Shown piece after piece: positions 57,824-64,000 of a stretch of DNA of 64,000 bases; positions within the stretch are counted from its first letter, which is position 1, and each line of letters begins with the position of its first letter. The notes under the pieces were generated by a model. It searched no databases. It had not been told where the DNA came from and saw nothing but the letters and a program-made list of their open reading frames with translations. This stretch comes from an uncultured Elusimicrobia bacterium. Lineage in GTDB: Bacteria; Elusimicrobiota; Elusimicrobia; 2-01-FULL-59-12. The translations under genes and the position numbers were made by a program. The stretch covers positions 2,464,001-2,528,000 of the forward strand of contig OY969767.1 in assembly GCA_963702895.1 (NCBI GenBank), given 5' to 3'.

Positions 57824-58324
57824 TTATTTCTGGGATAGGATCTTGCGAATAGTGTTTCCGCTAAGGCAAGGGAATGACTCACCACTCTCGGCTGAAAGAT
57901 TCAGATTATGATCTTCGAGTCGATCCGTCAGGATGCGAGCGGCTTCACGTCTTGTTATTTTCGAGTTGTGTGTTTTCATCTCATCGAATTGGTTCCAGAG
58001 CCATTGATGTAGTGCTTTGGATCTTTGTCTTCTGCGAGGCTTCTGAGTTGCAGATCTGTATTTGGATTTGACTTGTCCGTGCACCTTCCTTAGCTGTCGA
58101 GTCGTTCTATCAAGCTTGCTATAGGGGAAGAACCGCTCCCCTTGTTTCTCCTTCGCTTCATAGGATCTCCACACCGATGCGACGTGCTTTTGCACTTCAC
58201 GCAAACTCCAAATCAAAGGAATCTTTAGAACAATTCGTTTCTGCTTCCCGGATGCTTCCTCATGTACAGAGAATGAAGTTGGGGGAAGTGGTCGATACGA
58301 TTCCTTTGATTTATCCATTTCCAT
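57824..58324 (-). CDS. Hypothetical basic protein, possible C-terminal HTH
   Basis: K/R-rich; TRREAARIL..SGNTIRKIL. Confidence 0.5.
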   Translation of the reverse strand: MEMDKSKESYRPLPPTSFSVHEEASGKQKRIVLKIPLIWSLREVQKHVASVWRSYEAKEKQGERFFPYSKLDRTTRQLRKVHGQVKSKYRSATQKPRRRQRSKALHQWLWNQFDEMKTHNSKITRREAARILTDRLEDHNLNLSAESGESFPCLSGNTIRKILSQK

Positions 58325-58355
58325 GTCAATACTTGCTAGACGAGCTAAGCCGGTG

Positions 58356-61166
58356 TCACTCCTCCTCAAATTCGGCGATATTGAATCGCAAGGTGTTGGC
58401 ATTTTCCTGAACGATTCGGCGGGTGGAGTCCGAGACTCCGCCGGGTGACTCGGCCTCGATCTCCATCGTAATCTTGACCTTGGTTCCGTACTGGCTGGTG
58501 AAATGCTGAACGACCTCATCAGCGATCCGAGCGGCCTCGATCCCCATCTTGACCGGATCGAGGGGCACGGAACCGTGGAACCGCTTCATTGGCTTGGATT
58601 GAGGAGCTGATGTGCCCGGCAATCCCCCGGCGATTGGAGTCTTTCCACTTGGTGTGACCTCTGGTGTGGAAGGGGCTGTACCGTCCTTGACCATCCCGGC
58701 CTGCCGAGCGAGGGCTTCTCTCTCAATCTGGGCTTTGGCGGCGACCGGGTTGATGAGAATGCTGACCTCATCCTTGTAAACCGTGCCCTGTTTTCCGAAC
58801 AGGAGTCCCAAGTACCGTCCATCCTCTTTCCCGGTTGCGAAGGCGAAAAAGTCCTGACTGCCTATCCCGGCAGAAATCGTTTCAAAGAGCACATGGGTAT
58901 CCACAAGGCGAGGTAAGTATGGATAACAGCAAACCGCTTTCCACACTTCCTTGACGGTAACCTCCGGGCGGTCATCCTTCCAGAACCACTCCCGGAGCAT
59001 ATCGCGCAGATGAATTGGTGACCACCGGGGATAGATGAACTCATTTTCGACGCAGAGCTTCTCTATCGCTTCCATCGGATTGGACCCGGCGGATTGAAGG
59101 CTCTTTTCCCCCCAGAACACATCCTTGGCTCCACCCTTCGAATTGGCTTCCTGCGCCGGAACCAGAACCCATCTGTACACTTCCTTCACGGCGGCGCTGA
59201 CCCTGCCGTCAGCCTCATCCCGGTTGTCCTTCGATTCCTTGATCTGGTGCTGATCCAGATTCAGAAGCGCCGTGTCATTGACGATGCTGTCCCACGCCAT
59301 AAACCTTTTGACCTGATCCCAAAGGTGGGTGCTCGCATCCTCGTCCGCCGCCAAAAAGACGAGCCTGTTCTGGTTCTGGCGTGGCTGTTGACCTCTCTGC
59401 GTGTTGATCGTGGAAGCGGCATCCACGGCCCTCGATTTCGGAGTCTTGCCACGGTGCGGCGCGGCTGGCGACAAAACGACAAGCCGTACGGATTCGTCGT
59501 CCGGGATGTCCTCATGTCCCGTGAAAACATGGACTCCCGAAAAGGGACCGCCCCGGACAAGATTCCGCACACGATTCTGTATCTCCGGGATCAGATGCTC
59601 GTCCCGTTGGAACCGGGACAGCCTGTCCTCCATCTCACGCCTCAAATTCGGACGAGTGTCGTACCAATACCTGTCGTTCCCGGTGTAGAGATGATGAAGC
59701 TGGTCCTCCAAATGCTTCAAGGCATCGTCATATCGTCCGATCTGTTGTCCGGGCTGGGCACATCCCAGCCGCACGCGCTGGGCATTCACGCCCCGCACTC
59801 TCTGGGCCGCGACCGACGGAGCGCTTCCCAAGAAGATCGTCCGGGCGACGCGCCGCGCCGCCTGCACGCTCCCTCCAAGGGGGTTTTTCTTGTCCATTTC
59901 GGTGGGTACAGCTTCATCGCCATCAATATCGTTCTCAATGACTGCGTCCCAACCCTGTGGGAGATACCGATTCAGTTCATTGTCCACCTGCGGATCATAA
60001 AGCGGAAACGAGCCGGGCATAACGAGCAGGTCTGTGTTCCCATCAGCCCAAAGCCGATGAATGACCATCGCCATGAGCCGGAGTACGCCTCGCGTGCGCT
60101 GAAAGTGTTCAAGGCTGGCCCAATCCTTGTATAAGCGCTCAAAGACTTCCGGGTGGATCGGGTAGGAATCCGTCAGTTGGGTCAGGTAGGCGGCTTCAAC
60201 GGTTTCAGATGGAAATTGCCCCTTGTTCTCGACGTATAGATCAGCAAAAGCGCGGGAGACGGCATCCCTCGTCTTTGTGTCTTTGATCTTTCCAAAAAGC
60301 CGTCGCCGGACGATCTCAAACCCTTCATGCGTTGCCACGGGCTTCCAAATGGCTTCCTTGCGGCCAAAAATCTTCTGGATTTGCGCGAGCGCGACCTTCC
60401 CTCTCTCGCCACCGACTTCCATATCCGATTCTGGTAGCGATGCCAAGAGCACCATGTTGGTCTGCTCCGCCGACTCCGTCAAAGCCTGAAAAAATGACAG
60501 GTTCGAGTCAAAAGTCCCGCCAGAATACTGTTTGCCATCCTCAAACTGGCGGAGGTATGCCACGGTTTCGTCAATGAGAACGACGCATGGAGAGTATTTC
60601 GTGAACAGCTCGACCAATACTTTCTTGCCCGGCGATGTCCCGTCACGGTCAGATGCTTCGACCAACTTGTAACCCTGATCGCCACCCAGTTGCCATCCCA
60701 GCTCCCCCCAAAGTGTTTTAACTTCAACGCCATCGCGCTTTCTTGTGTGAGACGGACTGAGAGCGTTTCCGTCAATGATGGCAACCCGCGCACGGGGAGA
60801 TTCTTTTATGCCAGCTTGGTCCAAAATCTTTGGGATTCCGGCCAGCTCCTTGGCCGGGCGTTTGGATGTCACCAAGTGATAGACAGCGAGCATGGCGTGA
60901 GTTTTTCCGCCGCCGAACGCGGTTTGGAGCCGGATCACCGGATCACCACCCTTGCCTGCCAGCCTGCGTAGAACGCTATCGAGAAGCAGGTGCATTCCCT
61001 CGGTAATGAACGTCCGATCAAAAAAGGTTGCTGGGTCTTGGTATTCCGGGGAGGCTTTTCCTTCGGCGACCTTACTGAGGTCTGCGGCGAACTCAGACTC
61101 CTGAAAAGTCCCTTCAAGCACATCGCTGTTAGGTGGTATCACGTCTCGCCACGGTTTAAGGCTCAT
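58356..61166 (-). CDS. DUF499-family AAA+ ATPase
   Basis: [21 protein letters not shown] Walker A, LIDE Walker [16 protein letters not shown]. Confidence 0.92.
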   Translation of the reverse strand: MSLKPWRDVIPPNSDVLEGTFQESEFAADLSKVAEGKASPEYQDPATFFDRTFITEGMHLLLDSVLRRLAGKGGDPVIRLQTAFGGGKTHAMLAVYHLVTSKRPAKELAGIPKILDQAGIKESPRARVAIIDGNALSPSHTRKRDGVEVKTLWGELGWQLGGDQGYKLVEASDRDGTSPGKKVLVELFTKYSPCVVLIDETVAYLRQFEDGKQYSGGTFDSNLSFFQALTESAEQTNMVLLASLPESDMEVGGERGKVALAQIQKIFGRKEAIWKPVATHEGFEIVRRRLFGKIKDTKTRDAVSRAFADLYVENKGQFPSETVEAAYLTQLTDSYPIHPEVFERLYKDWASLEHFQRTRGVLRLMAMVIHRLWADGNTDLLVMPGSFPLYDPQVDNELNRYLPQGWDAVIENDIDGDEAVPTEMDKKNPLGGSVQAARRVARTIFLGSAPSVAAQRVRGVNAQRVRLGCAQPGQQIGRYDDALKHLEDQLHHLYTGNDRYWYDTRPNLRREMEDRLSRFQRDEHLIPEIQNRVRNLVRGGPFSGVHVFTGHEDIPDDESVRLVVLSPAAPHRGKTPKSRAVDAASTINTQRGQQPRQNQNRLVFLAADEDASTHLWDQVKRFMAWDSIVNDTALLNLDQHQIKESKDNRDEADGRVSAAVKEVYRWVLVPAQEANSKGGAKDVFWGEKSLQSAGSNPMEAIEKLCVENEFIYPRWSPIHLRDMLREWFWKDDRPEVTVKEVWKAVCCYPYLPRLVDTHVLFETISAGIGSQDFFAFATGKEDGRYLGLLFGKQGTVYKDEVSILINPVAAKAQIEREALARQAGMVKDGTAPSTPEVTPSGKTPIAGGLPGTSAPQSKPMKRFHGSVPLDPVKMGIEAARIADEVVQHFTSQYGTKVKITMEIEAESPGGVSDSTRRIVQENANTLRFNIAEFEEE

Positions 61167-61182
61167 AAGTTTGCTCCCGCTC

Positions 61183-64000
61183 TTAGATGTTTAATTCCGT
61201 CTGCTCGTTGACGTGCCCAACCTTGTGGCTGGTTTCGCTCACGCCGTGCCAGCTCACAATCAGCTCGTTGTAAATCCGAGCTTCCTCGGCCCAACCTTTT
61301 TTTTCGCAAAGGGTATAGAGTCGGTATGCCAACTGCCGTATGCGTTCCGTTTTTTCTGGCATCTTGGCAAGAAGCGCTCCGGCTTCGGATTCACTTACAC
61401 GCAATGCTCGGCTCAACTGATGGCACGCCTCCCAGATAGGAACCCTTGCGTCTTTCTCTGGATTCCATTCGGCAGAATACTCAGAGACTTTGAGGAGCCG
61501 TACTTTACCAGCGCCAGCTTCCACCACACCCGCGTCTGATAGTCCACCCACGCTTGTTCCTTTGGCTCTGGCAAGTACATCAGCCTCCCCATAAGCTCCT
61601 GCCTTAAAACCATATTGCTGAAACCAATCAATACAGAATCGGGTGTCCGAATCCATATCGCTCTCAGCGTGAGTGAAATACTCCTCGATGGCTTTGTTGA
61701 TGAGTTTGAGAACGGTATGGACTGACATTGACTTTCCATCAGCTTCCAAAACGGCGGGATATTGAGAGAACACAGCCATGCCCGGACCGATAGCCGCTTG
61801 TGCGAGGTCAACAGGTGCAATGGGACTCGCCCCCTCTGTGCCGCCGATCATTGCCTCAAGCGCTTCCGGGAGTGATTCATCGAGTTCACGAAGGAATTGT
61901 TTTCTCGGAACGGTGGGAGTATCGGCAGGGCGTTTTCGACAGACAAGAACAATGGATGATGCCAATGCGTTTGTGTCCGCACCCACCATTCTGTTGCTAA
62001 GTTCCGTACGCATGGGCCATGTTCCTGTGATCGCAAAGCCTGATCGGATCACCGCCTCAAGAAATGTTTCCCAGCCAGTAGATGTTGTCCCTTCGCTGTC
62101 TGTCTCTGCCTGCTTGAAGGCATAGTAAATCGTCACTGGAATAGCCGGGTGACTTACCGTCTCTATGTTGTGAACAGCTTGAGACATTCCATTAATAAAA
62201 AAGGTTTCCGCGTTATCTTTCCCGCCATGCCTGAAAGGACTCGCAATAAGTTCCTGAGCCTTCGGAACTAATAATGTCGAAAATAGCTCAGGGAATATTG
62301 AGCGCAATGAGCGACGCAACCAAACATAGAAGAAGTCAGAAAGATCAGCGTAACCAATATTGTCGTAATAGGGTGGATCGGTTGAAATTATTGCTCGATT
62401 CACATAGTTTTCAAATGGAGCCATCGCATCGCGCTGAGTGACCGAGGCCGAACGATAGACGGGCAGATTAAGGATAGCTTCACTTATTGATGATAACGAC
62501 ACCACAAAATCGCCTGCCGCTCCTGCGAAGGGATTTACATCAGGAAAATCCCATGTCATCGGGATTGCTTGCCTCGCAAAAGCGGTCACAGTTTGTTCTC
62601 TGCTTGATGTCCACCTTGCTATCGTGCATAGTGTATTTGCCATTCGACTGACACCCATCGACAAATAGATGGCAATCGCCTCGGCATAGGCTTTAGCACC
62701 GACCCCATTTTCCATGAGTCCTTTACTACCATCAGATGGATTTAAGGTCTTAGCATCTGACATTATCTTCTGTCGCACCTCTGACACCAAATCTGAGAAA
62801 GTGGACATAGCAACTAATTGGCGGGACGTAAACAGATGCCGATGTTTCGTCATGCCATATTCCTGTATACGGAAGCCCAGTGCTTTCTTGGGGAGATCGG
62901 TGTCTGGGATGTCCCGTGGATCGGCAGACTTAGCAATGCGTTCCATATCGTCGCTTGCTGGCAGATAAATACGGCCTGATTTGCATTCGACAACAACAGC
63001 CATCAACCGTTGGCTCATACGGCCAGCCTTTGCTTCTGAGCGGATGTAATTAAACGGGACAGGAGTCTGAGACAGGAGACATATAGCTCCATTTCGATTG
63101 ACAGTGCCTTCAATCGTCGGTTTTCCCTTGCCAGCTCGGATTACAAATGAGTAACTCATCTTGTCCTTAGCAATTTGAGGTTCAATCCATACTTTCTTGT
63201 CATCCTTCGTCGATAGCCAGAATGAACGCACCAAAGGAATGTGTACGCCTTTGCAGGCAGGGTTCGGACTTGCAACAGTCCGTGCCCAAAGCCACGCAAT
63301 TACGTTCGCTTTTCCTGCACCATACTCTTTGGGTAGATCGACCTGTGGGTAAAGGTAACCAATCCGTTTGAAAGCTTCGTCACGCATCCATCTACCATAG
63401 CGACGCACATCTTCGGCCAATCCTTTTGCCCCGGACCAATCCTCCATTGCGTCGATCTGTTCCTTTTCATTCAGAGGAATTGGGCCGATTGGTTTGCGTC
63501 CAGCGAATTTTGGTGGAATTTCTAAGAGTGCTTTGCTGATCATTACGGCCACAGGGTTCAAATCGGAAGCATGAGCTTCAAGACCTAGTCGCTGGGCCTC
63601 AAGCGGTATAGAACCACCTCCTGCAAAAGGATCGAGGAAGGGTGGCAATTTGTCTGGGTTCTCGCCTGTAAGCTTGCAGGTTTCTACCCACGATTTACGA
63701 ATCTCAGTGCGTGCTTGTTCCAACACTTTCTCGTTAGTCGTGCTCTCCCATTTCACCAGCTCCCTGACAATAGCGAACAGCCGCTCTCTCTCTTTGAGCG
63801 CATCTGCTTTGGTTTGGCCGGGATAAGCGCCATAACCCCTCTCGCCGCCGGGATCGTTCACCATTTGGGCAAATAGAACGGCTCTCGCCGCCGCTAAAGG
63901 CCGTCTTGCCCACCAGAGATGGAGGGTTGAGGGGTGTCCATGTCGGATGGACTTCTCCCGGACACAAGCCTCGTTAATGTCGTCAAGGGGCAAGGCCACT
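61183..64000 (-). CDS. DUF1156 DNA amino-methyltransferase (5'-truncated by window edge)
   Basis: [28 protein letters not shown] motifs. Confidence 0.92.
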   Translation of the reverse strand, partial: VALPLDDINEACVREKSIRHGHPSTLHLWWARRPLAAARAVLFAQMVNDPGGERGYGAYPGQTKADALKERERLFAIVRELVKWESTTNEKVLEQARTEIRKSWVETCKLTGENPDKLPPFLDPFAGGGSIPLEAQRLGLEAHASDLNPVAVMISKALLEIPPKFAGRKPIGPIPLNEKEQIDAMEDWSGAKGLAEDVRRYGRWMRDEAFKRIGYLYPQVDLPKEYGAGKANVIAWLWARTVASPNPACKGVHIPLVRSFWLSTKDDKKVWIEPQIAKDKMSYSFVIRAGKGKPTIEGTVNRNGAICLLSQTPVPFNYIRSEAKAGRMSQRLMAVVVECKSGRIYLPASDDMERIAKSADPRDIPDTDLPKKALGFRIQEYGMTKHRHLFTSRQLVAMSTFSDLVSEVRQKIMSDAKTLNPSDGSKGLMENGVGAKAYAEAIAIYLSMGVSRMANTLCTIARWTSSREQTVTAFARQAIPMTWDFPDVNPFAGAAGDFVVSLSSISEAILNLPVYRSASVTQRDAMAPFENYVNRAIISTDPPYYDNIGYADLSDFFYVWLRRSLRSIFPELFSTLLVPKAQELIASPFRHGGKDNAETFFINGMSQAVHNIETVSHPAIPVTIYYAFKQAETDSEGTTSTGWETFLEAVIRSGFAITGTWPMRTELSNRMVGADTNALASSIVLVCRKRPADTPTVPRKQFLRELDESLPEALEAMIGGTEGASPIAPVDLAQAAIGPGMAVFSQYPAVLEADGKSMSVHTVLKLINKAIEEYFTHAESDMDSDTRFCIDWFQQYGFKAGAYGEADVLARAKGTSVGGLSDAGVVEAGAGKVRLLKVSEYSAEWNPEKDARVPIWEACHQLSRALRVSESEAGALLAKMPEKTERIRQLAYRLYTLCEKKGWAEEARIYNELIVSWHGVSETSHKVGHVNEQTELNI

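Larger units (their letters stand above)
52853..64000 (-). mobile_element. tRNA-Ser-integrated element (phage-satellite/IME-like) with defence cargo; continues beyond window
   Basis: att fragment, integrase, excisionase, primase-ATPase and DUF499/DUF1156 all co-oriented; visibly lower GC. Confidence 0.85.

Overview
Bacterial genomic window, GC-rich by eye; taxon not determinable from this window. About 1-39.5 kb is mostly housekeeping and accessory genes. These include 5'-truncated metH, asmA-like, hisG, pabC/pabB-like, DUF1015, hemL, a HAD / NTP-transferase / ATP-grasp / class-III aminotransferase / Gfo-Idh-MocA operon with a convergent flippase-like gene, EVE, ParB, degenerate HD-GYP, msrA, RluA, peroxiredoxin, thpR, photolyase, an IS4 element, nnrE and TolC+RND. 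About 40-52.9 kb is a variable region with nested IS elements, secreted proteins, a histidine kinase, Fic, and three different tRNA-Ser(TGA) 3' fragments (att scars). From about 52.9 kb to the end is a lower-GC integrative element (tyrosine integrase, excisionase, primase-ATPase) carrying a DUF499 ATPase + DUF1156 methyltransferase defence-like module. The most unusual signal is a hierarchy of palindromic micro-elements. A regular 20-nt unit (NNCGCC-N8-GGCGNN) is inserted, mostly as tandem pairs, into a dead tRNA att copy and into larger palindromes. Those larger palindromes sit in frame inside metH and a nucleotidyltransferase, and a separate 107-nt element sits in frame in two aminotransferases. 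All family calls come from motif recognition; no database search was run.
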